Part shown: positions 1-8,684 of the stretch, in pieces
Numbering within the stretch: position 1 is the stretch's first letter
How the letters are laid out: every line of letters starts with the position of its first letter
DNA from: an uncultured Planctomycetota bacterium
GTDB lineage: Bacteria; Planctomycetota; PLA2; JAEUHO01
Length of the DNA stretch: 64,000 nucleotides
NCBI GenBank assembly: GCA_963752285.1
Contig: CAVVXN010000003.1
Location: forward strand, 352,001 to 416,000
Direction of reading: 5' to 3'
Notes under the pieces: model-generated
Told to the model about the DNA's origin: nothing
Database searches by the model: none
The model's input: the letters and a program-made list of their open reading frames with translations, nothing else
Position numbers and translations under genes: made by a program

Positions 1-2973
1 TTCGGCGGTGGGGGCGGGGTGATCGTTCCCGACGAGATCGAGGCCCTGCACGCGTACGGCATCGACCGCATCTTCAGCCCCGAGGACGGTCGGAAGATGG
101 GCCTCCAGGGGATGATCGACCACATGATGCGTGTGGCCGACTTCGAGCCGCCGCACGACGTCTCCCTCGAGAGCGCGGCGCCCGACCTCTCCGCCGCGGA
201 CCACCGGCGCGTGGCCGGCCTCCTCACGCGGACCGAGCAGAGGGACTTCGGGGCGTCGCGCCTCGCCCAGTCGATCCGGGCCGCGCACGCGGCGCTGCCC
301 CGAGAGCGCCGCGCCCCGGTCCTCGGCATCACGGGCCCGGGCGGCGCGGGCAAGTCGTCTCTCGTGGACGAGATCGTGCTGCGGTTCCTCCAGGGCACGA
401 CGGACGCGACGATCGCGGTCCTCTCGGTAGACCCGTCCCGGCGGAAGACGGGCGGCGCGCTCCTCGGCGACCGCATCCGCATGAACTCGCTTCCGCACCC
501 GCGCGCGATGATGCGCTCCTTCGCGACCCGCGAGGCGCGAGGCGAGCTCGCGGAGGCCGTGAGGGACGCCGTCCGCGTGTGCCAGCTCGCGGGGTTCGAC
601 TGGGTCGTCGTCGAGACCTCGGGGACCGGGCAGGGCGACACGGAGATCGCCGACCTGGCCGACGTTTCGGTCTACGTCATGACGCCCGAGTACGGCGCCC
701 CGAGCCAGCTCGAGAAGATCGGGATGCTCGACTACGCCGACGTCGTGGCCGTGAACAAGGTCGACCGGCGGGGCGGCGAGGACGCGCTGCGCGACGTCAA
801 GAAGCAGGTCCAGCGCAACCGCAAGGCGTTCGAGGCCGACGAGGCCTCGCTCGGCGTGTTCGGGACCGTCGCCTCGAGGTTCTGCGACGCCGGGGTGGAC
901 GCGCTCTTCGTGGCGCTCGCCGAGCGGGCGCACGCGGTCGGCGGCCGGGACCCGCGCGTCCGTGCGCCGGGCCAGCTCCGGAAGTCCACCTCGGCGAGCG
1001 CGAGGACCACGGGCGGGGTGCCCCCGGAACGAATCGGCTACCTCGCGGAGATCGCGCGGACCGTGCGGGCGTATCGCGCGTGGGCCGAGGAGCAGATCGA
1101 CCTGGCCCGGGAGGTCGAGGGCCTCGGCCGCTCGAGGGCGGCCGTGGACGACCAGACGCGTCCCGGCGTCGAGCGCGCGCTGGATCGTGCGCTCCGCCGC
1201 ATGGACCCGCGCGCGAAGGAGCTCCTCGACGCGTGGCCCGAGCTCGTGAACCGACACGAGGGAGACGAGATCGCGTACGAGGTCCGCGGCAAGGAGGTCC
1301 GGGCGGCCACCGCCACCCGGTCGCTCTCGGGCACGCGCATCCCCAAGGTCGTGCTTCCGCCCGTCCAGGAACCCGGCGCGATCCTCCGCTTCCTTCTCCT
1401 CGAGCACCTCCCGGGTCACTTCCCGTACACGGGCGGCGTCTTTCCGTACAAGCGCACGGACGAGGACCCCAAGCGTCAGTTCGCCGGCGAGGGCCCGCCC
1501 GAGCGGACGAACCGCCGGTTCCACTACCTGACCCGGGGTGTGAAGGCGAAGCGGCTCTCGACGGCCTTCGACTCGGTGACGCTCTACGGCGAGGATCCCG
1601 CCGAGCGGCCGGACATCTACGGCAAGGTCGGCGAGAGCGGCGTCTCGATCTCCAACCTCGACGACATGAAGGCGCTGTACCGCGGCTTCGACCTCTGCGA
1701 CCGGAACACCTCCGTCTCGATGACGATCAACGGCCCCGCGCCGATGATCCTCGCCATGTTCCTGAACGCCGCGATCGACCAGCAGGTCGAAGCGTTCACG
1801 GAGGCGAAGGGGCGCCCGCCCAGCCCTCGCGAGCACGAGGAGATCGCCGCCCGGACGGTGTCCACGGTCCGCGGGACCGTGCAGGCGGACATCCTGAAGG
1901 AGGACCAGGCCCAGAACACGTGCATCTTCAGCACGCCGTTCGCGCTCCGGATGATGGGCGACATCCAGGAGTGGTTCATCGAGCACGACGTCAAGAACTA
2001 CTACAGCGTCTCGATCAGCGGCTACCACATCGCGGAAGCGGGCGCGAATCCCATCACGCAGCTCGCCTTCACGCTGTCGAACGGGTTCACGCTCGTCGAG
2101 ACGTACCTCGCGCGCGGGATGCACATCGACGACTTCGCGCCGAATCTCTCGTTCTTCTTCTCCAACGGCCTCGACCCCGAGTACACGGTCATCGGACGCG
2201 TCGCGCGGCGCATCTGGGCCGTGGCCATGCGCGATCGCTACGGCGGGAACGAGCGGAGCCAGAAGCTCAAGTACCACGTCCAGACGAGCGGCCGGTCGCT
2301 CCACGCGCAGGAGATCCAGTTCAACGACATCCGCACGACCCTGCAGGCGCTCCTCGCCCTCCAGGACAACTGCAACTCCCTGCACACGAATGCGTACGAC
2401 GAGGCCATCACGACCCCGACCGAGGAGAGCGTGCGCCGCGCGATGGCGATCCAGCTCATCTCCACGAAGGAGCTCGGCTGGCTCAAGTGCGAGAACCCGC
2501 TCCAGGGCTCGTTCTTCGTGCGTCGCCTGACCGACGAGGTCGAGGCGGCCGTCCTGGAGGAATTCGAGCGGCTGAACGACCGCGGCGGCGTGCTCGGCGC
2601 GATGGAGACGCAGTACCAGCGGGGCCGGATCCAGGAGGAGAGCCTCCTCTACGAGCGCCGGAAGCACTCGGGCGAGCTCCCGATCGTCGGCGTGAACACG
2701 TTCCTGCCGGACCACGCCGAGGACCTGACCAGCCACGTGAGCCAGCTCTCGCGCTCGACGGACGAGGAGCGCCGCCAGCGCCTCGCCGACCTCCAGGCCT
2801 TCCGGCGCCGGCACGCCGAGGACGTCCCGCTCGCCCTCGAGCGGCTGAAGGACGTGGCGCGCTCGGGCGAGAACGTGTTCGCGGAGCTGATGCAGACCGT
2901 GCGGGCCGCGACGCTCGGCGAGATCACGCACGCGCTCTACGAGGTGGGCGGGAGGTACCGTCGGAACCTTTGA
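1..2973 (+). CDS. icmF: Fused isobutyryl-CoA mutase / MeaB-type GTPase (IcmF), 5'-truncated by the window edge
   Basis: Frame is open from base 1 (FGGGGGVIVPDEI, end of the B12-binding domain). GTPase P-loop GITGPGGAGKSS, DPS..TGGALLGDRIRM and NKVD. Mutase motifs RLSTAFDSVTLYG, GTVQADILKEDQAQNTCIF and SLHTNAYDEA. Confidence 0.93.
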   Translation, partial: FGGGGGVIVPDEIEALHAYGIDRIFSPEDGRKMGLQGMIDHMMRVADFEPPHDVSLESAAPDLSAADHRRVAGLLTRTEQRDFGASRLAQSIRAAHAALPRERRAPVLGITGPGGAGKSSLVDEIVLRFLQGTTDATIAVLSVDPSRRKTGGALLGDRIRMNSLPHPRAMMRSFATREARGELAEAVRDAVRVCQLAGFDWVVVETSGTGQGDTEIADLADVSVYVMTPEYGAPSQLEKIGMLDYADVVAVNKVDRRGGEDALRDVKKQVQRNRKAFEADEASLGVFGTVASRFCDAGVDALFVALAERAHAVGGRDPRVRAPGQLRKSTSASARTTGGVPPERIGYLAEIARTVRAYRAWAEEQIDLAREVEGLGRSRAAVDDQTRPGVERALDRALRRMDPRAKELLDAWPELVNRHEGDEIAYEVRGKEVRAATATRSLSGTRIPKVVLPPVQEPGAILRFLLLEHLPGHFPYTGGVFPYKRTDEDPKRQFAGEGPPERTNRRFHYLTRGVKAKRLSTAFDSVTLYGEDPAERPDIYGKVGESGVSISNLDDMKALYRGFDLCDRNTSVSMTINGPAPMILAMFLNAAIDQQVEAFTEAKGRPPSPREHEEIAARTVSTVRGTVQADILKEDQAQNTCIFSTPFALRMMGDIQEWFIEHDVKNYYSVSISGYHIAEAGANPITQLAFTLSNGFTLVETYLARGMHIDDFAPNLSFFFSNGLDPEYTVIGRVARRIWAVAMRDRYGGNERSQKLKYHVQTSGRSLHAQEIQFNDIRTTLQALLALQDNCNSLHTNAYDEAITTPTEESVRRAMAIQLISTKELGWLKCENPLQGSFFVRRLTDEVEAAVLEEFERLNDRGGVLGAMETQYQRGRIQEESLLYERRKHSGELPIVGVNTFLPDHAEDLTSHVSQLSRSTDEERRQRLADLQAFRRRHAEDVPLALERLKDVARSGENVFAELMQTVRAATLGEITHALYEVGGRYRRNL

Positions 2974-3064
2974 CCGGGGGACGGGCCTTTGGTCCTCGGC
3001 TACCCTTCAGGAACCCTGAACCTCGCGCTTTCGGATCGGGCTGGACGATCGTAGGTTCATCGAC

Positions 3065-3514
3065 GTGGCACGCGGGCTGAATCTCCTCCTGGCGTTCCTC
3101 CTCGCCGTCCCGCTCGCGGGCGGGAACCGCATCCGTCCGTGCACGTGCCACCACGCTCCGCGCCCCGCCGTGGCCTCGTCCGCGGGATCCTCCCGCGGCG
3201 ACGCCCCCTGCTGTTGCGGGGGGATGGAGCGTGCGTGCCCCGATCCCTCGTCCGTGCCGGCGCGGCTCCCTGCGATTCGCCGCCCGCGGGCGCCCGGTGC
3301 GCCGTGTCGCGCGTGTTGCCAGCCGCCCGCGCCCATCGCGCCCGCGGGCGACGCCGTCTCCCCGCAGGTCGCTGTGCCTGTCGTGGGAGCCGCGCCCGCT
3401 GCGGCCGCGCTCGCGCCGGCCGCGAGCCGTTCGCTTCGGCCGCGCGCCGGACCCGGGGAACGGCTCGACCGATGGCGCCTCGAGCCGGCGGGTCTCGCCC
3501 TCCTCCTGATCTAG
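3065..3514 (+). CDS. Cys-rich small protein / candidate metal-responsive leader (uORF) of the Cus operon
   Basis: N-terminal hydrophobic stretch, 9 Cys (CTCHH, CCC, C, CRACC), Pro/Ala-rich linker and C-terminal LALLLI. TAGGTT -10-like box 7 nt before the GTG. Lies directly upstream of the TolC-CusBA genes. Confidence 0.6.
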   Translation: MARGLNLLLAFLLAVPLAGGNRIRPCTCHHAPRPAVASSAGSSRGDAPCCCGGMERACPDPSSVPARLPAIRRPRAPGAPCRACCQPPAPIAPAGDAVSPQVAVPVVGAAPAAAALAPAASRSLRPRAGPGERLDRWRLEPAGLALLLI

Positions 3515-3527
3515 CGGCGTCCCTTCC

Positions 3528-3549
3528 CGGGAACCCGTAGGGGTTCCCG
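3528..3549 (+). promoter_or_regulatory. Perfect 9-bp hairpin just after the leader ORF stop
   Basis: CGGGAACCC-GTAG-GGGTTCCCG. No U-tract, so a pause/attenuation element rather than a classic intrinsic terminator. Confidence 0.45.
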
Positions 3550-3689
3550 CGTCGTGCGACGTCGGTCGGGGAGCCGGGGCCTCCTTCTCCTCGCTCGTCG
3601 TCGCCTCGCCCCATCGGCACGTGGCCCACGACGGGAACGCGTCCGACCCGGGCAACCGGACGTCGAGGATCGGGAGGAGGGCACGGTTC

Positions 3690-5174
3690 GTGAACGCAAG
3701 AATGAGACACCCGCACCTCGCGACGCTCGTCCTGGCGTCGCCCCTCCTGCTCGGTGGTTGCCGGGCGAGCCTCGACCCCGAGGGGGCCCGGTCGTCCCTT
3801 CGGCGGGCCGAGGTGTCGGAAGCGCGCCCCGCGGTCGTCGTTCCCGCCGCGCCCGCGGATTCTCAAGGGCCGGCCCTCGCCACGCGTGTGGCGGTGTCCG
3901 CCGGGCGCACCGCGCCGGCGCCGGACGCGCGGTCCACCGCCGCCGCCACGCCCGCGCCCGGGTCGCTCCACGACGTGCTGGCCGCCGTCCTCGCGCGAAA
4001 TCCGGACGTCCAAAGGCTCCGGGCCGAGTGGCGCGCCGCGATCGAGCAGGTCCCCCAGGCGACCGCCCTCCCGGACCCGATGCTGTCGGTCCTCTCCTAC
4101 GTGGAGAGCGTCCAGACGCGCGTCGGGCCGCAGGACCAGGTGTTCACCTTCCAGCAGCGGATCCCGTGGCCGGGCAAGCTCTCGCAGGCGGGGCACGTCG
4201 CCGCCGAAGGCGCGCGGATCGCGGGCCTGCGCTATGCGGCGGGCGCGCGCGACGCGCTCGTGCTCGCGAAGATCGGTTGGTACGAGTACGGCTATCTCCT
4301 CCGCGCGCGCGACCTCGTTCGTCAGAACCAGGCGGTGGCGGAGCGGCTCGCCGGACTCGGGTCCGAGCTCCTCACCGAGGACCACGCGCTCCTGATCGAC
4401 GTCTTGAAGGCGCAGTCCCAGCTCGCCCAGCTCCAGTACGACCTCGTCACGGTGGAGGAGCTGATCTCCGCCGAGCGAACGCGCCTGAACGGCCTGATGG
4501 GCCGCGACCCCGAGGCGCCGATCGGCGCGCCGCCCGAGCCCGACTTCCCACGGATCCGCGTCCCGGTGACGGACCTCTACCGGCTGGCGGTACGAAACCG
4601 CGAGGAGATCCGGATCTCGAACCGCCGCATCGAGCAGGCGTTTTGGAAACAGCGTCTCGCGGCGAGCCAGCGCGCGCCCGACATCACGCTCGGGCTGAGC
4701 TACGTGCGCGTCGGGCCCAACGCGCCGCCGCTGATGACGCCCGCCGACAACGGGCAGGACGCGTGGGGCGTCTCCGTCGGGCTCACGCTGCCGATCTGGG
4801 ACACGAAGAACCGGGCCGCGACCCGCCAGGCCGAGGCGGAACGCGACGCGGCGGTCGCGGGTCGGACCGAGGTCGTGGCCGAGACGTACACCGGGATCAA
4901 GGACGGGTACGTCCGGCTCGCGAACGCGGAACGCCTGGTCCTTCTCTACCGCGACAGCCTGATCCCGCAGGCGGAGAAGGTGATGTCGTCGGCGGAGGAT
5001 CTCGCGCGGGACGACCGCATGCGTCTCGGCGACTACCTCGAGGCGCAGACGGTCTGGCTCAACTTCACGCTCGCGCGGGAGCGCGCGCTGGCCGACTACC
5101 AGCAGTCGATCGCGCGGCTCGAGCGGTGGACCGGCTCGAACCTCGCGCCCCAGACGTCGGAGGCGAGGAAATGA
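3690..5174 (+). CDS. TolC-family outer membrane efflux lipoprotein (CusC-like) 1
   Basis: SD GGGAGGAGG at 3672-3680 before GTG 3690 (alternative ATG 3702). Lipobox LGGC. OEP motifs LPDPMLS, QRIPWPGKL and GLTLPIW. Confidence 0.88.
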   Translation: MNARMRHPHLATLVLASPLLLGGCRASLDPEGARSSLRRAEVSEARPAVVVPAAPADSQGPALATRVAVSAGRTAPAPDARSTAAATPAPGSLHDVLAAVLARNPDVQRLRAEWRAAIEQVPQATALPDPMLSVLSYVESVQTRVGPQDQVFTFQQRIPWPGKLSQAGHVAAEGARIAGLRYAAGARDALVLAKIGWYEYGYLLRARDLVRQNQAVAERLAGLGSELLTEDHALLIDVLKAQSQLAQLQYDLVTVEELISAERTRLNGLMGRDPEAPIGAPPEPDFPRIRVPVTDLYRLAVRNREEIRISNRRIEQAFWKQRLAASQRAPDITLGLSYVRVGPNAPPLMTPADNGQDAWGVSVGLTLPIWDTKNRAATRQAEAERDAAVAGRTEVVAETYTGIKDGYVRLANAERLVLLYRDSLIPQAEKVMSSAEDLARDDRMRLGDYLEAQTVWLNFTLARERALADYQQSIARLERWTGSNLAPQTSEARK

Positions 5175-6688
5175 GGCGCGTCCTGGTCCTGCTCCCCTTG
5201 TGTCTCGTCGCCTGCCACGACGCGAGCGCGCTCCGACAGGAGTACGCCGCGGGGCAGGTGCCGGCCTTCGCGCGTCGCGCGCTCGCGGGGGAGACCACGG
5301 AGCCCGTGGCGTCGGCCCCCGAGTCGGCGGGCACGACGGACGCAGCCACGTTCGAGAAGGCCCGCCAGGCGCTCGAGGAGATCGCCGAGCGCTACCGAGC
5401 GGAGGCGGCGGGCCGCCCGTCGGATCCCGCCCGGCTCGGCTTCGAGGTCGCGGAGGGCATCACGCGCGACCGGCTCCGGCAGCCGCTCGATCTCCCCACG
5501 GTGCTCGGCGCGGCCTACGAGCTGAGCCCGGCCGTCCAGTCCTCGCGGGACTCGTTCCGTGCCACGGTCGAGCAGTTCAGCCAGGTGGCCTTCCTCGATC
5601 AGCTCCTCCGGCAGTACACCGCCTTCACGAAAGACCTCGACCTCCGCCTCGGCGCGCCGCGCCAGCGGGAGATGGTGGAGGCCTACTTCCCCTTCCCCGG
5701 GACGATGGCGCTCAAGAGCCGGGTCGTGGAGGCCGACGCGAAGGTCGCCCGGGCGGACCTCGTGCGCACCGTCCGCCAGACCCTCGTGGCGGCCGGGAGG
5801 GCGTACTTCCAGTACGTCTACGCCCAGGAGGCGATCGGGATCGTCAAGGGGAACATCGACCTCCTCCGCGGCGTGGTGCAGATCGCCGAGTCGAAGTACG
5901 GGGTCGGGCAGGCCAAGCAGGGCGTCGTCCTGAAGACCCAGACCGAGATCGCGACGCTCGAGGACGAGCTCGTCACGTTGGAGGAGGGTCTCGGCACGGC
6001 GCGCGCGCGCCTCGCGTCGATCCTCGGGCTGGAACCCGACTTCCCGCTCGGCGCCGCCTCGGCCGAACCCGCGGTCGCGCCGCCGAGGGACTGGGAGCCG
6101 CTCGCGAAGAAGGCCCTCGCCTCGCGCCAGGAGATCCAGGCGCTCGACGCGAAGATCGCGCGGACCGAGGCCCTGATCGAGCTGATGGAGACGCAGGCCT
6201 ATCCCGACCTCTCCCTCGGCTCCAGCCGGTTCGAGGAAGGGGCCGGGACGCGCGTGGGGGGCGCCCGGACGATGCCCCCGTTCGCCGACCAGCCCACCTC
6301 GCGCCCCAAGCCCTGGTTCGGCGAGAGCGCCTCGTACCTGCAGGAGGTGCGCCGCCGCCTGGAGGCGATGCAAAAGACGAGGGACGAGCTCGTCGCGCGC
6401 ATCGGCTTCGAGGTCAAGGACGCGTGGTTTCGGTGGGACGCCGCGTGGCGCCAGACGGAGCTGTACCGGGCGAGCCTCCTGCCGAAGGCCGAGCAGTCGT
6501 ACCGCGTGCTCGCCTCGGGTTGGCAGGAGGGCGTCGCGGAGTTCCTGGACGCCCTGGACGCGCAACGGACCTGGCTCAAGTTCCGCCTCCAGGAACGGGC
6601 GGCGGTCCGAGACGATCTCTCGGGACGTCTCGGGATGTTGGACGCCGTAGGGGCCGACCTCGCCCCCGCGGAAGGAAAGGACAAGTGA
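5171..6688 (+). CDS. TolC-family outer membrane efflux lipoprotein (CusC-like) 2
   Basis: ATG overlaps the previous stop (ATGA). Lipobox LVAC. FPFPG, YPDLSLG, LYRASLLPKA and FLDALDAQR, typical of heavy-metal TolC proteins. Confidence 0.85.
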   Translation: MRRVLVLLPLCLVACHDASALRQEYAAGQVPAFARRALAGETTEPVASAPESAGTTDAATFEKARQALEEIAERYRAEAAGRPSDPARLGFEVAEGITRDRLRQPLDLPTVLGAAYELSPAVQSSRDSFRATVEQFSQVAFLDQLLRQYTAFTKDLDLRLGAPRQREMVEAYFPFPGTMALKSRVVEADAKVARADLVRTVRQTLVAAGRAYFQYVYAQEAIGIVKGNIDLLRGVVQIAESKYGVGQAKQGVVLKTQTEIATLEDELVTLEEGLGTARARLASILGLEPDFPLGAASAEPAVAPPRDWEPLAKKALASRQEIQALDAKIARTEALIELMETQAYPDLSLGSSRFEEGAGTRVGGARTMPPFADQPTSRPKPWFGESASYLQEVRRRLEAMQKTRDELVARIGFEVKDAWFRWDAAWRQTELYRASLLPKAEQSYRVLASGWQEGVAEFLDALDAQRTWLKFRLQERAAVRDDLSGRLGMLDAVGADLAPAEGKDK

Positions 6689-6689
6689 G

Positions 6690-8669
6690 ATGAAGAGCTC
6701 GATCCTCCTCCCGGTCGCCGTCGCTGCGGCGCTCCTCGGGCTCGGCGGAGGCTACCTCCTCCACGCCGGTTTCGGCGCGCCGGCGGCCTCGAGCGGCGAG
6801 TCCGCCTCGTCGAGCCAAGGCGGCACGACGCTCTACACCTGCGGCATGCACCCGGAGGTGATCCAAGACCACCCCGGGACCTGCCCGCAGTGCGGCATGC
6901 AGCTCACGCCGCTCGAGGCGGAGGGGGAGTCGACGCCCGCCGCCGAGAAGCAGGACCGGAAGATCCTCTACTGGGTCGCGCCGATGGACCCGTCCTACGT
7001 TCGCGACGGGCCCGGCAAGTCCCCCATGGGCATGGACCTCGTCCCGGTCTACGAAGACGAGGTGAAGGGCGGCCCGACCGTCCGGATCGATCCCGCCACC
7101 GAGCAGAACATGGGGATTCGAACCGCGCCCGTCGTGCGGGGGCCGCTCGTCCACGAGGTCCGGGCGGTCGGGAACGTCCTCTACGACGAGCGGAGCATCG
7201 GCGTCGTCTCGCTGAAGATCGGGGGCTACGTAGACAAGCTGCTCGTGGACGAGACGGGTGTCGGCGTGAAGAAGGGGGATCCCCTCTTCGAGATGTACGC
7301 GCCCGACGTCGTCCAGGCCCAGGACGAGCTCCTCAGCACGAAGAAGAACCTCGACGCCGCGACGACCGACGAGCAGAGGAAGGAGTGGCAGAGCCTCTTC
7401 GATCACTCGCGAGAGAAGCTCCTGCGCTGGGACGTGTCGGAGGACCAGATCCAGGAGGTCCTGAAACGGGGCACATCCCAGAAGGACCTGGTCTGGCAGA
7501 GCCCGTTCTCGGGGATCGTGCTCCACAAGAACGTCCTCGAGGGCGCGTACTACAAGCCGGGCGAGGCGCTCTATCGCATCGCGGGACTCGACACGGTCTG
7601 GGTGAACGTGTCGATCTTCGAGTACGAGTTCCCGTGGGTCGAGGTGGGACAGCACGCGCGGATGGACCTTCCGTACTATCCGGGCGAGGTGTTCGAAGGG
7701 ACGGTGGACTTCATCTACCCCTACCTCGACCCGACGACGCGCGACCGGAAGGTGCGGCTCGTCTTCGACAACCCGGGGCGCGAGCTGCTGCCGGACATGT
7801 ACGCGACGGTCTACATCGAGTCGAAGCTCTCCGACGAGGCGGTGCTCGTGCCCGGCGAGGCCGTGCTCGACACCGGGACGAGGCAGATCGTGTTCGTCGC
7901 GAGAGGGAAGGGGACGTTCGATCCGCGCGAGGTCCGCGTGGGGCTCGAGGCGCGCGGCGGACAGCGGGAAGTCGTGAAGGGCCTGGTCCCCGGGGAGCAG
8001 GTCGTGACCTCGGGCCAGTTCCTCCTGGACTCGGAGTCGAAGATCAAGGAAGCCATCCAGAAGATGCTCGCGGGTCGGAAGGCGACGGCCGCCACCGGGT
8101 CCCCCGGTGCCGCGGCGCCGTCGCCCTCGGAACCGAAGCCGGGCCCGGAGCCGATCCCCTCCGAGACGCCGCCCGCGCCGCCCCCGTCCGCCTTTACCGC
8201 GCCGCCGGGTCTCGTGCCGGTCGTAGGAGACGTGTGTCCGGTCATGGGAGGCCAACCGGTCCCCGACGTGTACGTGGACTACCACGGCTACCGCGTCTTC
8301 TTCTGCTGCAGCGGCTGCCCGCCGCGCTTCCTCGCCGAGCCCGAGAAGTACATGGAGAAGCTCCGCCGGATGGGCGCGATCCCGTCGGGCGACGGCGAGC
8401 AGGGCGCCGCGGCTCCCGCTGCGGGCCCGAATCCCGAGGAGGCGCCGGCGATGGACGATCGCTTCCGCGCGCCCGCGGGTCTGATCCCGATCGTCCCGAA
8501 GGAGTGCCCCGTCATGGGCGGGGAGCCCGATCCCGAGGTCTACGTGGACTACAAGGGCTACCGCATCTACTTCTGCTGCGGCGGCTGCCCGGACCTGTTC
8601 CTGAAGGACCCGAAGCCGTACCTCGAGAAGCTACGCGGTCAGGGTCTGAAGATCGACATCCACGACTGA
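6690..8669 (+). CDS. cusB: CusB-like RND periplasmic adaptor with N-terminal heavy-metal-binding domains and two C-terminal YHS-like domains
   Basis: YTCGMHP..CPQCGM and [21 protein letters not shown] core ([30 protein letters not shown]). Two CPVMGG..YxGYRxxFCCxGC repeats. Confidence 0.9.
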   Translation: MKSSILLPVAVAAALLGLGGGYLLHAGFGAPAASSGESASSSQGGTTLYTCGMHPEVIQDHPGTCPQCGMQLTPLEAEGESTPAAEKQDRKILYWVAPMDPSYVRDGPGKSPMGMDLVPVYEDEVKGGPTVRIDPATEQNMGIRTAPVVRGPLVHEVRAVGNVLYDERSIGVVSLKIGGYVDKLLVDETGVGVKKGDPLFEMYAPDVVQAQDELLSTKKNLDAATTDEQRKEWQSLFDHSREKLLRWDVSEDQIQEVLKRGTSQKDLVWQSPFSGIVLHKNVLEGAYYKPGEALYRIAGLDTVWVNVSIFEYEFPWVEVGQHARMDLPYYPGEVFEGTVDFIYPYLDPTTRDRKVRLVFDNPGRELLPDMYATVYIESKLSDEAVLVPGEAVLDTGTRQIVFVARGKGTFDPREVRVGLEARGGQREVVKGLVPGEQVVTSGQFLLDSESKIKEAIQKMLAGRKATAATGSPGAAAPSPSEPKPGPEPIPSETPPAPPPSAFTAPPGLVPVVGDVCPVMGGQPVPDVYVDYHGYRVFFCCSGCPPRFLAEPEKYMEKLRRMGAIPSGDGEQGAAAPAAGPNPEEAPAMDDRFRAPAGLIPIVPKECPVMGGEPDPEVYVDYKGYRIYFCCGGCPDLFLKDPKPYLEKLRGQGLKIDIHD

Positions 8670-8684
8670 TTCGCGGGAGAACCG

